Shown: positions 50,700-60,986, counted from the stretch's first letter. The stretch: 64,000 nucleotides of DNA from an uncultured Gammaproteobacteria bacterium (GCA_964515005.1 CAZEVT010000001.1:125521-189520), one strand, 5' to 3'. The notes: generated by a model from the sequence alone, not told the origin. Translations and numbers: made by a program.

Positions 50700-51607
50700 G
50701 GCCCAATCTGTATGACCACCTTCCCCCTCGGGTGGCCGGTTTGTTGATAGTCCCAGGCCTCTTTTGCCTGATCGAGCGTAAACGTTTTGTCTATGTGGAT
50801 CGTGATCTTCCCGCCGTCGACAAGCTCGGCAACGCGCTCTAGGTGTTTCGTGTCTGTTTTCGTCCCTTGTCCGATTGCGATAACTCCATGACTTCGGGCG
50901 AGTTCCGGATCGGGTTGACCTGCCATGGAAACCAGTACGCCGCCCTTTTTGAGAACCGCAAAAGACTTTATCGTCGAGTCTCCGCCGACCGTATCGAATA
51001 CCGCGTCATAATCATGAATAATTTCTTCAAATTTCTCACCCTTGTAATCAATGATCAGATCGGCGCCAAGACTTTTGACAAACTCGCGGTCAGTGGCGCG
51101 TACGGTTGTTGCTACATATGCTCCAAGCGCCTTGGCAACTTGTATGGCGATGTGCCCGATCCCGCCTGCCCCGCCGTGAATAAGGATTTTTTGACCTTTG
51201 GTGAGTTTGATATGTTCTTCAAGCGCTTGTACCGCGCTTGACCCCACAAGGGGCAGCGCCGCGGCTTCAGGAAATCCAATGGATGTGGGTTTACGCGAAA
51301 TGGCGCTGGTCATGGCGGTCGCCATCTCGGCAAATGCTCCGGATCCACCAGTCAAAACAAGCGCGTTTCCGTAGACTTCTTCGCCGGTGTTGGTCACTCC
51401 CGAAAAGTTTCCCCCGACCGTCACAGGAAATGATAAAGGCATATGGTCTTTAAATATTCCGGAGACAAGCTTGATATCGAAAGGATTGATACTTGCCGCG
51501 CGCACATTCACGAGGACTTGATCCTTTTGGAGTTCCGGGGTCGGTGTGTTTTCATTCAGCTCAAGCACCTCACTACCTCCATATGCGTTGATTTGTATTG
51601 CTTTCAT
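50696..51607 (-). CDS. Zn-independent MDR-family NADPH:quinone oxidoreductase
   Basis: MKAIQINAYGGSEVLEL...VLVNVRAASINPFD and the Rossmann motif GGAGGIGHIAIQ. Confidence 0.8.
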   Translation of the reverse strand: MKAIQINAYGGSEVLELNENTPTPELQKDQVLVNVRAASINPFDIKLVSGIFKDHMPLSFPVTVGGNFSGVTNTGEEVYGNALVLTGGSGAFAEMATAMTSAISRKPTSIGFPEAAALPLVGSSAVQALEEHIKLTKGQKILIHGGAGGIGHIAIQVAKALGAYVATTVRATDREFVKSLGADLIIDYKGEKFEEIIHDYDAVFDTVGGDSTIKSFAVLKKGGVLVSMAGQPDPELARSHGVIAIGQGTKTDTKHLERVAELVDGGKITIHIDKTFTLDQAKEAWDYQQTGHPRGKVVIQIGP

Positions 51608-51867
51608 AGAAATTAATTATACCATCTTAATCTTCAGTTTTTTCTTAGCACGCTGTCTTCCATTGGGCCAGCAGATCGGACAAGGACCACGACCTTGATA
51701 TTTGCCCATGCCCATTCATAGCATGATTGGAGAGACTCAGAGATATCAAAAAAGTCATACTTTTGTGTTTGTCGGTATTGATTAAAATCGGGTTGATAAA
51801 CATACACCGCGCACGCAACGTGTTCGGTGTATGGATAAAATGACATACGCCTTTTGGTGATCTTGGA

Positions 51868-52788
51868 CTACTGAACCAGAACTACCTGATTTTGACTATT
51901 TTGTCTATACGGGTCAAATGTATGATTGCTGTAAAACGTATATTTCCCAAAGCCCGCCTTGTCTAAATATTTCATTAATTTCTTTTTGGGAAGCAACCAG
52001 CAGCGGGTTTTATACTGTTCTATATCTAACCTTCTAAATAATCCTTGTCGTATGAATATGTGGTCATGCACGATATATGGATCTACATTATGATACACCT
52101 TGAGATACACATTTTTTTGCTTCATGTATTGGTACAGGGAAGGCAGGCCTATTTCTACAATCCATTTATGTTTTGAATAAAATATACGCGGTATCTTCCA
52201 GGTATCAAAAATTTTTATAGATATATTTTTTCGCTTAACAATATCGTAAGAGATCTCATCTATAGATCTCATCTCCACATTAGGAGGATTGTTCGCAATC
52301 CGATCTCCATTCCTATCCTCAATGAGGAGGAGGCCATTTTTAGACAAAAGCTTTTTAAGCTGGACGAGGGATTCTATTATTTGTTTTTCTGACGGTATTG
52401 CGGAAAGAACAAATTCGCACACAATAAGATCAAATTTTTCTTGAAAGTGAGATGCTAAATCCAAGCAATTCGCACGTACAACGTTGACATTATGTATATT
52501 TCTATCTTTGAGTATCTCACGCGCTATTTTCACCATTTTTTTGGAATAATCTACACCTACAATTCTGTGTATCCCGTCGATTTCGCTCAAAAGACAAAGA
52601 TGGAAACCATTCCCACACCCAACGTCTAAAACACTTTTTACTTTATATTGCTTAACTATTTTCTCATAGAAAGCGTGATCGTTTTCCCATCGTTCATTCC
52701 ATGAAAATGTCGATCCGTACACATCACCAAAACCGCCATCATAGGTTCTTTTTGTTAGTTCGTTATTTATGAGCGGGATAGATCTCAT
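51868..52788 (-). CDS. Class I SAM-dependent methyltransferase (AT-rich gene)
   Basis: Motif I VLDVGCGNGFHL. The gene lies in the ~33% GC stretch. Confidence 0.65.
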   Translation of the reverse strand: MRSIPLINNELTKRTYDGGFGDVYGSTFSWNERWENDHAFYEKIVKQYKVKSVLDVGCGNGFHLCLLSEIDGIHRIVGVDYSKKMVKIAREILKDRNIHNVNVVRANCLDLASHFQEKFDLIVCEFVLSAIPSEKQIIESLVQLKKLLSKNGLLLIEDRNGDRIANNPPNVEMRSIDEISYDIVKRKNISIKIFDTWKIPRIFYSKHKWIVEIGLPSLYQYMKQKNVYLKVYHNVDPYIVHDHIFIRQGLFRRLDIEQYKTRCWLLPKKKLMKYLDKAGFGKYTFYSNHTFDPYRQNSQNQVVLVQ

Positions 52789-52826
52789 GAGAGAGTATTA
52801 TACTTCATTGAGCGCAGACGACCCAT

Positions 52827-53141
52827 GTGGTCCAGATATTTATTATATGGAAGGCGTATGATTTGTTTGTAAGTTCGGAACTTGAAGAAAAAAGGCAGTT
52901 AATTAAACTTGTACTTCAGAATCTTAAATTAGAAGGCAAAACAGTCCAATTTGAAGCTATAAAACCCTTTGATACCATCCTTGATTTCAACAATCGTCGA
53001 TCAATGCTCCGTAATCCTAGTTTCGCACTGACCACTGCTTTATCCCGAGTTCTCAAGACTTTTCAAAATCCAATCAGGTCTGAGCAAGCGAGAGAAAGGC
53101 TCAAACAAATTCACACTTTAACGAGAGTAGCTGCTATTTAA
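52827..53141 (+). CDS. Hypothetical protein (104 aa), possibly a gene remnant
   Basis: ORF in the AT-rich stretch. A weak resemblance to a recombinase helix-turn-helix segment is speculative. Confidence 0.2.
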   Translation: MVQIFIIWKAYDLFVSSELEEKRQLIKLVLQNLKLEGKTVQFEAIKPFDTILDFNNRRSMLRNPSFALTTALSRVLKTFQNPIRSEQARERLKQIHTLTRVAAI

Positions 53142-53361
53142 AGCTTGCTAGCAATATCTCCACCTAAACCAGTATCAAGATGTACTTTAATCGTAATACT
53201 TTAAAGACCACCAACATGGTTAGATTAAGAACTGCTTAGCTCACTAAGTGGAACGATTTTAGAACTACTGACTGGGCAGAATTATGTGGTGACCCTGAAA
53301 ATACCCTAAATCAGACACAAGTGTTGTTGAACTTACTTATTTAATAAACTACAATGACAAT

Positions 53362-53607
53362 ATGAAAACAATGACATGTAAACAATTATACGGGTCGTGC
53401 GATGCCCTTATTCATGGCGCAACAGCTGAGGAGATGATGGAGAATAGTAAAAAACACGCGATGGAAATGGTTGCTAAGGGAGATAAAGTACATATTGACG
53501 CTATGGAAGCTATGAAAAAACAACATATGAACATGAACCCTGAAGCAGTAAAACAATGGATGGAAAAGTTTCATGCAGACTTTGCTACACAGCCGGAAGA
53601 TTCGTAA
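53362..53607 (+). CDS. DUF1059-family small protein
   Basis: MKTMTCKQLYGSCDALIHGATAEEMMENSKKH matches the typical DUF1059 N-terminus. Confidence 0.55.
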   Translation: MKTMTCKQLYGSCDALIHGATAEEMMENSKKHAMEMVAKGDKVHIDAMEAMKKQHMNMNPEAVKQWMEKFHADFATQPEDS

Positions 53608-53688
53608 TTTCTTACAAATTTTGAGGCTAACTTGCTCGCTTATTGGGACGATTTTCGAAAATTTCTTTCTTTGCGGCGAGATCAGTCC

Positions 53689-54132
53689 TCAACCAACCGC
53701 TTTCTTCACGAGTGCTGCGATCTTTGCCTCTTCGGTGGCAGTTAACTTTGTGAGTGCAAAGCTGGTCGGCCACATGGCGCCCTCATCAAGATGCGCATCT
53801 TCTTGGAAACCAAGCGTAGCGTATCTATATTTAAACTTGCTCGCACCTTGAAAGAAGCAAACAACTTTGCCATCCTGATTGGCATACGCTGGCATCCCGT
53901 ACCAGGTTTTTGCGAGAAGATTTGGCGCGGTCGCTTTGACAATCTCATGAATTCGTTTGGCCATGGATCGATCTGGTTCCGGCATCTTGGCGATTGCCGC
54001 GAGTAATATCTGTTCACCAGCGGCTTTATTCTTACTGGCACGCTCTTCTGCCTTTAGCTCAAGTGCTCGCTCCTTCATCGCGGCTCGTTCCTCATCCGAG
54101 AATCCCTTGGTTTTCTTGGTTGTGCTTGTCAT
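53689..54132 (-). CDS. DUF1801 (YdhG-like) domain protein
   Basis: [18 protein letters not shown] is the DUF1801 core pattern. Confidence 0.55.
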   Translation of the reverse strand: MTSTTKKTKGFSDEERAAMKERALELKAEERASKNKAAGEQILLAAIAKMPEPDRSMAKRIHEIVKATAPNLLAKTWYGMPAYANQDGKVVCFFQGASKFKYRYATLGFQEDAHLDEGAMWPTSFALTKLTATEEAKIAALVKKAVG

Positions 54133-54135
54133 AGT

Positions 54136-54447
54136 TTACTTCTTTCCCAGACCTGAAAAAAGAAGAATCAAAGCCCCCGCTGTGAAAACTGCGAAGACGC
54201 CAACAGTTTGAACAAATAGATTTATTCCTTCTTTCTTCTTCCCTTTAATAAAAAGCTGGAGTGGTTGGTAAAAAAACAGATACGCCATAACTGCAACAGA
54301 GAGGGTAAGTAGCGACAGAAATGCGATTGGAGCAAAAGCTGTATCAGGCTTGTTCCGAAGAGTGTGAGACACGAAATTCATAACGGTAACGACAAGGATT
54401 ATGTAACCTGAAGCGCTAATCGCATTAATAATAGGATTTTTAGACAT
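54136..54447 (-). CDS. Small membrane protein
   Basis: Three hydrophobic helices. The start was trimmed to an internal ATG to avoid overlap with tRNA-Asn. Confidence 0.35.
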   Translation of the reverse strand: MSKNPIINAISASGYIILVVTVMNFVSHTLRNKPDTAFAPIAFLSLLTLSVAVMAYLFFYQPLQLFIKGKKKEGINLFVQTVGVFAVFTAGALILLFSGLGKK

Positions 54448-54465
54448 GTGATGATTATACCAAAT

Positions 54466-54540
54466 TGGCTCCCCCGGCAGGATTCGAACCTGCAACCTTC
54501 TTCTTAACAGGAAGCCGCTCTACCATTGAGCTACAGGGGA
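54466..54540 (-). tRNA. tRNA-Asn (GUU), CCA encoded
   Basis: Acceptor TCCCCTG/CGGGGGA (U1-A72 as in E. coli tRNA-Asn). D-arm GCTC-AATGGTA-GAGC. Anticodon loop CTGTTAA. T-arm GCAGG-TTCGAAT-CCTGC. Confidence 0.85.
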
Positions 54541-54575
54541 ATGGAAAAGAACACGGGTATTATATCACGATTCCC

Positions 54576-55274
54576 TTACTTTGAGGCTGAAACCTCGACG
54601 ACCGTAAGATCCGCTTCTTTTCCGTACCCGCATCCTCCGGGATCCGGTATCGTTGTGCCATCTATGGCGGTGACTACCCCATTGTTTTTTGCATGATAAT
54701 GAGACGCCTGACCACACTCAGTGCCAACAGTAGCCTTTACCTGGTCAAACGACACCTGTTTTCCTTGAATGATGAGAACCCGCATGGTGTTGGGGGCTGA
54801 CTGGGTAACCTCCGGTGTTTTTTCCTGATTCTTCACGACACCACTTACCACAATCACGACTGCGATTGCCGTAATAATCCCCAGCGGGCCTTTGGCCACT
54901 GCTAAAATGTTTCCTCCGGTGCGTGCTGCGCTTTGACTCTGGGTATCTTGCTTTTCAAATTCCGCCTCCACCCGGGACACCTCACCTTTGAGATCTTTCC
55001 AGAATTTAAGCAGCAGGAGGAGTGCTTTTTTCCGCTTCTTTTGTTCCGGGGTTTGATCGGGCAGCGCTTCTGCAACCAAGGAAATGGTCTCACCCTTCTG
55101 CAGCTGGTCTACCTGGGTACATGCTTTACTCACCGCGGCTAGCTTTTTGTCTACTGCGGGATTTATGCCGGAAAGAAGGGTGCGGAGCGATTCGACGGTC
55201 TCGCGGTTTACTTCCCGCTTTTGAAGAAGGTCCATTGCCGCCTGCACACGCTTACTCGCGCTTTTGTAGTCCAT
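54576..55274 (-). CDS. Hypothetical membrane protein immediately downstream of rpoD
   Basis: Helical cytoplasmic N-terminus, one TM helix (IITAIAVVIVVSGVV), extracytoplasmic Cys-containing C-terminal domain. Confidence 0.4.
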   Translation of the reverse strand: MDYKSASKRVQAAMDLLQKREVNRETVESLRTLLSGINPAVDKKLAAVSKACTQVDQLQKGETISLVAEALPDQTPEQKKRKKALLLLLKFWKDLKGEVSRVEAEFEKQDTQSQSAARTGGNILAVAKGPLGIITAIAVVIVVSGVVKNQEKTPEVTQSAPNTMRVLIIQGKQVSFDQVKATVGTECGQASHYHAKNNGVVTAIDGTTIPDPGGCGYGKEADLTVVEVSASK

Positions 55275-55275
55275 A

Positions 55276-56364
55276 CTATTCCAAGTAATCTTTTAATTTT
55301 TTGCTTCGTGAGGGGTGGCGGAGTTTCCGCAAAGCTTTAGCCTCAATCTGACGAATACGCTCGCGGGTGACGCCAAACTGCGCACCTACTTCCTCAAGCG
55401 TTCGTGGTCTGCCGTCTTCGAGGCCAAAGCGAAGAATGAGTACTTTCTTTTCGCGATCCGAAAGCGTGGTAAGCACTTCTTCCATGTGTTCCTTCAGAAG
55501 CTGGCGGCTGGTCTGCTCGTATGGCGTGGGACCTGGGTCGGATATAAAGTCGCCGAGGTGGCTGTCTTCCTCGTCTCCTACCGGGGTTTCAAGGCTGGTT
55601 GGCTCCTGGGATACCTTCATAATCTCCCGAACTTTCGTCACATCCACCTCCATCACCTTGGCAATTTCCTCCGGGCTAGGCTCGCGCCCGAGGTCCTGCA
55701 TAAGGCGGCGGGAGGCCCGGACAAACCTATTGATGGTTTCGACCATGTGAACGGGGATTCTTATGGTACGTGCCTGATCGGCAATTGCGCGGGTGATCGC
55801 TTGTCTAATCCACCAGGTGGCGTAGGTACTAAACTTATATCCCTTTCGCCAGTCGTACTTTTCCACAGCACGGATAAGGCCCTGATTGCCTTCCTGGATC
55901 AGGTCCAGAAGGCTCATCCCGCGGCCGATGTACTTTTTGGCAATGGATACGACAAGACGGAGGTTTGATTCAATCAGCTTCTTTTTGGCACGCTTATCGC
56001 CCTTTTCATAGCGTTTTGCAAGGGATATTTCATCAGCAAAGACAAGAAGCGGGATGCGGCCTATTTCCTTAAGATACATGCGCACCGGATCCGAAACACC
56101 CTCGGCCGAGGCCTTAGCAAGCGCCTCAATCTCCTTCTCGAGATCCTGGATGGATTTACTGGCCTCTTTCTCTATATCCTGGCTTGTGGTCTCAAATACG
56201 TCGATGCCGGCACGAATGAGCTTGTTGTAGAGCTCGTCAAGGAGCACTATGTGTTCTTCGGGTTTGGGATAGAGGAAAAGAATGTCTTCCTGTGTGACAA
56301 AGCCGTTTTCTTTTCCTTCGCGGATGAGGTCAGCCACTGTGGCCAGAATTTTTGTTTTGGTCAT
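55276..56364 (-). CDS. rpoD: RNA polymerase sigma-70 factor RpoD
   Basis: Region 2 is [36 protein letters not shown]. Region 4 is [28 protein letters not shown]. Confidence 0.92.
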   Translation of the reverse strand: MTKTKILATVADLIREGKENGFVTQEDILFLYPKPEEHIVLLDELYNKLIRAGIDVFETTSQDIEKEASKSIQDLEKEIEALAKASAEGVSDPVRMYLKEIGRIPLLVFADEISLAKRYEKGDKRAKKKLIESNLRLVVSIAKKYIGRGMSLLDLIQEGNQGLIRAVEKYDWRKGYKFSTYATWWIRQAITRAIADQARTIRIPVHMVETINRFVRASRRLMQDLGREPSPEEIAKVMEVDVTKVREIMKVSQEPTSLETPVGDEEDSHLGDFISDPGPTPYEQTSRQLLKEHMEEVLTTLSDREKKVLILRFGLEDGRPRTLEEVGAQFGVTRERIRQIEAKALRKLRHPSRSKKLKDYLE

Positions 56365-56459
56365 ACCGTCAATCTTTGTCGAGAATCAAGCATAAAAGCA
56401 TGCGCTTTTGTGTCGGGACCCAACAAACGATTTCGCTTGTAGAAGGGATTATACCAGCT

Positions 56460-58235
56460 TTACCCTGCTTTTTCCAGTGCTTTTAGGCGGTCCGTAAGCG
56501 CTTTCAGCTTCCCATCATGCTGTGCGTCTTCGCCGTCCTCACCGCCGAGGCGCATGGACGTCGTGATCCCCTGAATCTTCCGCTTTACTCCCGCACGCTC
56601 AAGCTCGCGCAGTCCCCGCGTCCACTCGCGGGCGAAAAGCTCACCATCAGAGAGAATTTCCCCAATATCCCACAAAAATGCCTCGTCAAGGGCGGGCAAA
56701 AGCTCCGGCGCCAGAGAATCGGCGAAGTCTTTGATGAGAAAAACGGAGTTTTGCTTCAAGAAGGCTTCCAGATACATAAGAATTTTTTTGACCCCCGGGT
56801 GGGTGAGTTCCGTGTGTTTTATGTGCGTGGCAAACTCCTCAAACAAATCCTTGGTTTTCCCCTGAAGAAGAAGAGCAAGCGCATAGATTTCCAGCTTGCT
56901 GTCGCGCGTGGTGGCTTCTTCCTCTTTGACTTCTTTGGGCTTTGCCCCGTATACCTTGTCTTTTTCTATTCTCTTTGCCATTTCCTCCAGCCGCTCTTCT
57001 GTGGTATCAAGCTTTCCTGCCAGCTTTTTAATATAATGGCCGCGCACAATGGGATTTTCTATTTTAGCAAGAACGGGGAGAATTTCACCGCTTATTTTCT
57101 TCTTACCGAACGCTTCCCCCGCGTCAAACCGCTTCAGGGCTGAGTTAATAAAGTAATCATAGATGGGTATGGCGTCCTTGATTGCCTTCTTAAGTGCGCC
57201 GGGATTTTCCCGTGCAGCTTCATCCGGATCCTTGCCCGAGGGCAAGACCACGACCCGCATATCGAGTCCCGAACGGTCTGCGATTTCTATCCCCCGACGC
57301 GCTGCTGTGTCCCCTGCCAAATCGCTATCCATGGCAAAGGCAAGCTTTTCCGTGTAGCGCTTGAGGAGGTTAACATGTCCCTCGGTGAGGGCCGAGCCTT
57401 TGATGGCAACGACATTCCCAATGCCCTCCTGAAAGGAGGAAATAACATCGAGTTCCCCCTCCATGACGATTGCCTCGTTTTCCTTCTGCACGGCTCCCTT
57501 CGTCACATCCAGACCATAGAGGACATTCCCTTTCACATACACAGAGGTTTCTGACGTATTGATGTATTTTGCTTCTTGCGCCTCGGGGTCCAGAACCCGC
57601 CCCGAAAACCCGACTACGTTTCCCCGGTGATCCTTGAGGGTAAACATGACGCGGCCCCGGAACCGGTCGTAGTACCCCTGACCCGTACGCCTTATGGTGA
57701 GACCCGCGGATTCCAGGAGTTTTTCCTCATACCCTTTTTTCTTCAAAAATGCAGAAAGCCCGTCCCAGCTGTTTGGGCTGTACCCCAGGGCAAAGGTGCT
57801 CATGGATTTGTCCGTTACCCCCCGCCGCTTGAGGTAATCTCGCGCTTTTTCGCCGAGCTTGTGTTTGGTGAGAATGTACTGGTAGTACTCACTGGCCAAA
57901 TGGTTGACCTCAAAGATTTTCTGCTTGAGCTTTGCCTCGGGGGTATCGCCGACGCGGCGGGTAAGCTTGACTCCTGCAATCTCCGCTAACTCCTCCAGCG
58001 CCTCGGGGAAATCCATATGCTCGTACTCCATGACAAAGGTAAAGATGTCGCCTCCTTTGCCGCATCCGAAGCAATGGAAGCTTTCGCGCTCCGGGGAGAC
58101 GATGAATGACGGTGTTTTTTCGTTGTGGAATGGGCACAGACCCTTAAAATTACGCCCGGTTTTCTTCAGCGTCACACGCTTGCCGATAAAATCGACAATG
58201 TTAATTCTTGATTTAATCTCGTCGGTGTCACTCAT
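56460..58235 (-). CDS. dnaG: DNA primase DnaG
   Basis: Zinc ribbon CPFHNEKTPSF...HCFGCGKGGD. TOPRIM region EGELDVIS...DSDLAGD. Confidence 0.92.
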   Translation of the reverse strand: MSDTDEIKSRINIVDFIGKRVTLKKTGRNFKGLCPFHNEKTPSFIVSPERESFHCFGCGKGGDIFTFVMEYEHMDFPEALEELAEIAGVKLTRRVGDTPEAKLKQKIFEVNHLASEYYQYILTKHKLGEKARDYLKRRGVTDKSMSTFALGYSPNSWDGLSAFLKKKGYEEKLLESAGLTIRRTGQGYYDRFRGRVMFTLKDHRGNVVGFSGRVLDPEAQEAKYINTSETSVYVKGNVLYGLDVTKGAVQKENEAIVMEGELDVISSFQEGIGNVVAIKGSALTEGHVNLLKRYTEKLAFAMDSDLAGDTAARRGIEIADRSGLDMRVVVLPSGKDPDEAARENPGALKKAIKDAIPIYDYFINSALKRFDAGEAFGKKKISGEILPVLAKIENPIVRGHYIKKLAGKLDTTEERLEEMAKRIEKDKVYGAKPKEVKEEEATTRDSKLEIYALALLLQGKTKDLFEEFATHIKHTELTHPGVKKILMYLEAFLKQNSVFLIKDFADSLAPELLPALDEAFLWDIGEILSDGELFAREWTRGLRELERAGVKRKIQGITTSMRLGGEDGEDAQHDGKLKALTDRLKALEKAG

Positions 58236-58265
58236 AGCAGGCGAAGAATACCACGGGGCTCCCCC

Positions 58266-58736
58266 TTATTCAAACACAGGGAGTGGGAACGGGGTTTTTC
58301 TGTACTTGAGATACAGGCCGATTGTTTCTCCGTGATCAAATGCAAACTTATCAAGAGAAATAAGTTTATCGGTCGGAATCCATTCTACTTTCGATGACTC
58401 TTTGTCCGGCTCACCGGTTTTCTTGAGGGGTTTGACGAGAAACTCAATCGTTATATTTTGTCTGTCTTCACGGGGACGATCCGGTCGGGTATTCACACGA
58501 AACAGTGATAGTACCTCTCCCTCCCACCCTGTTTCTTCTTTGAGTTCTCGAAGGATCCCTTGTGCTGCTGTTTCATCACGGTTGAGAAACCCGGCCGGCA
58601 AACTCCATTTGCCCGTTTCCAAAATATCTCCGGCCCGCTTCTCCAAAAGCAGCTTCCCGTCCATCTCCACAATCGCATGCACAACGACGTGCCGCAGTTT
58701 TGCCGTAAATCCTTTTTCAAACGTACAGGTGATCAT
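58266..58736 (-). CDS. NUDIX hydrolase
   Basis: Nudix box GFLNRDETAAQGILRELKEETGWEG. Confidence 0.75.
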   Translation of the reverse strand: MITCTFEKGFTAKLRHVVVHAIVEMDGKLLLEKRAGDILETGKWSLPAGFLNRDETAAQGILRELKEETGWEGEVLSLFRVNTRPDRPREDRQNITIEFLVKPLKKTGEPDKESSKVEWIPTDKLISLDKFAFDHGETIGLYLKYRKTPFPLPVFE

Positions 58737-59050
58737 TCTTTTTCCTCGTGATTCCACTTCAGCCATTTCCCCTCAAATATTTTATCCAGATCGACATTGA
58801 AATGTTTGGCCAAAAGAAGCACGTGGGCCAGTACGTCTGCGACTTCGTTTTCAAAATCGTCATTAATTTCTTCTGGGCTTTTCCCTTTTAGACGCGCTTT
58901 ACCCTTCACCATAAGATAGGACTGGATTAATTCGCCGAGTTCTTCCTGAAGCTTTAGTACAAACCAATCAGAATCCCGCTCGAACTCAAACTTTTTTGAA
59001 TAGTTTTGCGAGATCTTCTCTATTTTTTCCGTTAATTCATGGATATCCAT
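58733..59050 (-). CDS. MazG-like nucleotide pyrophosphohydrolase
   Basis: EELGELIQ...ENEVADVLAHVLLLA contains the EExxE/D motifs. The start was trimmed to an internal ATG to clear the tRNA. Confidence 0.65.
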   Translation of the reverse strand: MDIHELTEKIEKISQNYSKKFEFERDSDWFVLKLQEELGELIQSYLMVKGKARLKGKSPEEINDDFENEVADVLAHVLLLAKHFNVDLDKIFEGKWLKWNHEEKE

Positions 59051-59064
59051 AGTTGTTAATAAAT

Positions 59065-59154
59065 TGGCGGAGAGGGCGGGATTTGAACCCGCGATGAGCT
59101 TGCGCCCATACATCTTCTCCAAAGATGCGCACTAGACCACTATGCGACCTCTCC
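59065..59154 (-). tRNA. tRNA-Ser (GGA), type II with long variable arm, CCA encoded
   Basis: Acceptor GGAGAGG/CCTCTCC. Anticodon stem CATCT/AGATG with loop TTGGAGA. Variable arm ATGGGC-GCAA-GCTCAT. T-arm GCGGG-TTCAAAT-CCCGC. Confidence 0.8.
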
Positions 59155-59181
59155 CTACTTGAATTATACTATACTTAACGT

Positions 59182-60093
59182 ATGTCTTCCCGTACCAAAG
59201 CGCTCATTGCCATCGTTTGTGCCGCACTCCTGTGGTCGACTGCGGGACTTGCAAAAATCATCGTGCGGGAGCTTGACCCGTATATTGCGGCATTCCTCCG
59301 GTTTTTTGTCGCCTCTTTGGTAATCCTGCCGTTTTTTCTCAGGGAGAAAACCAGCAGAAAACACCTCCTCCGTGATCTCGTTCCGTTATCCCTTTTGAGT
59401 GCGGCAAATATACTTTTTTACTACGTGGGACTGTCTGTCTCCACCGCCAACGCAGCAACCCTCATTTATGCAGGCGGACCGCTTCTTACGGCCGTTCTGG
59501 CGCACCGTTTGATCGGGGAACGCTTGAATATGCAAAAAATCACTGGTATTTTATTGGGACTTGTCGGTGTCATTTTTGTCGCACTTCTTCCGGTGGTTGC
59601 AAAAAACGAATCTGTCTCGGCAAATATATACGGGAATGCTTCTTTCGTAGTTGCAACACTCGTCTGGTCTCTTTTTACCATCGGCTCCCGGCGGGCGATA
59701 GCAAGCCGAGGATATTCACCTCTCACGGTTGCCAGTATGTCTATATTTACCATATGTATCGTATTTTTTGTCATCAGCGTTTTTACATTTCAACCACGGT
59801 ATCTGATAACTCTTAAAGAGCCATCTACAATCCTTCTTATTCTTCATCTGGGGACACTGGTCACCGTTGCCACATCGCTCCTGTATCTTTGGGCCATCAA
59901 ACACTCATCCGCAACCACCGCATCGCTTCAAAATTACATCGGACCCGTGTTTTCTATTTTGGTGAATGTCGCGTTCCTGGGCGAAACCGTAACGCCGATG
60001 TTTCTTGTGGGGACCGCGCTCGTGTTTATGGGAGTTATTGTCGTCAGCGGCTCGGGGCTCCTGCAGGAGGTGAGAGATTGGGTAAACAGGTAA
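59182..60093 (+). CDS. EamA/DMT-family transporter
   Basis: Ten TM helices with duplicated EamA domains (LLWSTAGLAKII..., ...LGETVTPMFLVGTALVFMGVIVV). Confidence 0.8.
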   Translation: MSSRTKALIAIVCAALLWSTAGLAKIIVRELDPYIAAFLRFFVASLVILPFFLREKTSRKHLLRDLVPLSLLSAANILFYYVGLSVSTANAATLIYAGGPLLTAVLAHRLIGERLNMQKITGILLGLVGVIFVALLPVVAKNESVSANIYGNASFVVATLVWSLFTIGSRRAIASRGYSPLTVASMSIFTICIVFFVISVFTFQPRYLITLKEPSTILLILHLGTLVTVATSLLYLWAIKHSSATTASLQNYIGPVFSILVNVAFLGETVTPMFLVGTALVFMGVIVVSGSGLLQEVRDWVNR

Positions 60094-60097
60094 TGAG

Positions 60098-60169
60098 CGC
60101 TCTCGGGCAGAGTCGAACTGCCATCACAGCCTCCGGAGGGCCGCGTTCTATCCTTTAAACTACGAGAGC
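60098..60169 (-). tRNA. tRNA-Arg (CCG)
   Basis: Acceptor GCTCTCG/CGAGAGC. D-arm GTTT-AAAGGATA-GAAC. Anticodon loop CTCCGGA. T-arm GGCAG-TTCGACT-CTGCC. Confidence 0.8.
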
Positions 60170-60576
60170 TTGGTGATATCTCCGTCAAGAACCGTTGGCC
60201 GCATGGCGGCAAGTTCAAGCGTATAGATCATATCAGGCACCGGATTGAGAAAATATATTGGCTTTCGAAGATAATACGCATAGCCTACTTCCAAAAACGT
60301 ATTCCCCCCGATGTAGCTTGCAACCCCGTCTTTATCGAAGTTGGCAACCAATACGACATCGGCTTTTTCAATCTTCTTAAAGTGCTCACGAATGAAGTCG
60401 TATTTTGCCTCCGCCGCAAGCCGCTCCGCGACCGTTTTGGGCTTTACAAATCCTTCTTGTTCAATAAGATCAAAACTTTTCGGAACAAACACCGTGTGAC
60501 CTTTCGCTTCCAACGTACGTTGCAAGTCTCTCATTTCTTTATGAAACGTCAAGCTTCCGCAGAGTGCTATGTTCAT
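60160..60576 (-). CDS. Nucleoside 2-deoxyribosyltransferase-like (NDT/PF05014-like fold) protein
   Basis: IGGNTFLEVGYAYYL matches the NDT catalytic-Glu region (D.G...E.G.A). The 3' end overlaps tRNA-Arg by 10 nt. Confidence 0.55.
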   Translation of the reverse strand: MNIALCGSLTFHKEMRDLQRTLEAKGHTVFVPKSFDLIEQEGFVKPKTVAERLAAEAKYDFIREHFKKIEKADVVLVANFDKDGVASYIGGNTFLEVGYAYYLRKPIYFLNPVPDMIYTLELAAMRPTVLDGDITKLS

Positions 60577-60986
60577 ACCAGTTTTTGCAAATCACCGTTG
60601 AGAATCACCGGCTGCATGGAGTGCATCTCGACGCTGTAATCCATCTCCGGGACGGAGTAAAGTAGGTAAATCTTCTTGTCCAGTCCAAACGCGTGCCCCA
60701 TCTCCAAAAAGGTATTGCCGCCGATATATCCCGGGACACTTTTCTTCTCATAATTCAAAACGACAATTGCGTCGGAACGCTCAATCTTTTTGAAGTGTTC
60801 ACGGATAAAATCGTGCTCAATTTTGGTGGTAATCCTTTCCTCATCTGTGTCCATATATGTCTCATTTTGCGCAAGAATGGTCAAGTCTTTGGGCACGAGC
60901 ACCATATGGCCTGCCTCTTCCAGCATGTACTGGATCTGGGCCATCTCATGATGAAACTGCATGCTTCCGCAGATGGTTATGGTCAT
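60573..60986 (-). CDS. Nucleoside 2-deoxyribosyltransferase-like protein, tandem paralog
   Basis: MTITICGSMQFHHEM...IGGNTFLEMGHAFGL parallels the downstream copy. The start was trimmed to an internal ATG to clear tRNA-Ser. Confidence 0.55.
   Translation of the reverse strand: MTITICGSMQFHHEMAQIQYMLEEAGHMVLVPKDLTILAQNETYMDTDEERITTKIEHDFIREHFKKIERSDAIVVLNYEKKSVPGYIGGNTFLEMGHAFGLDKKIYLLYSVPEMDYSVEMHSMQPVILNGDLQKLV

Noticed and set aside
53150-53361. Possible ncRNA or mobile-element end in the AT-rich non-coding stretch
   Set aside because: No inverted or direct repeats and no recognisable structure by eye. It is listed only as part of the AT-rich islet finding.
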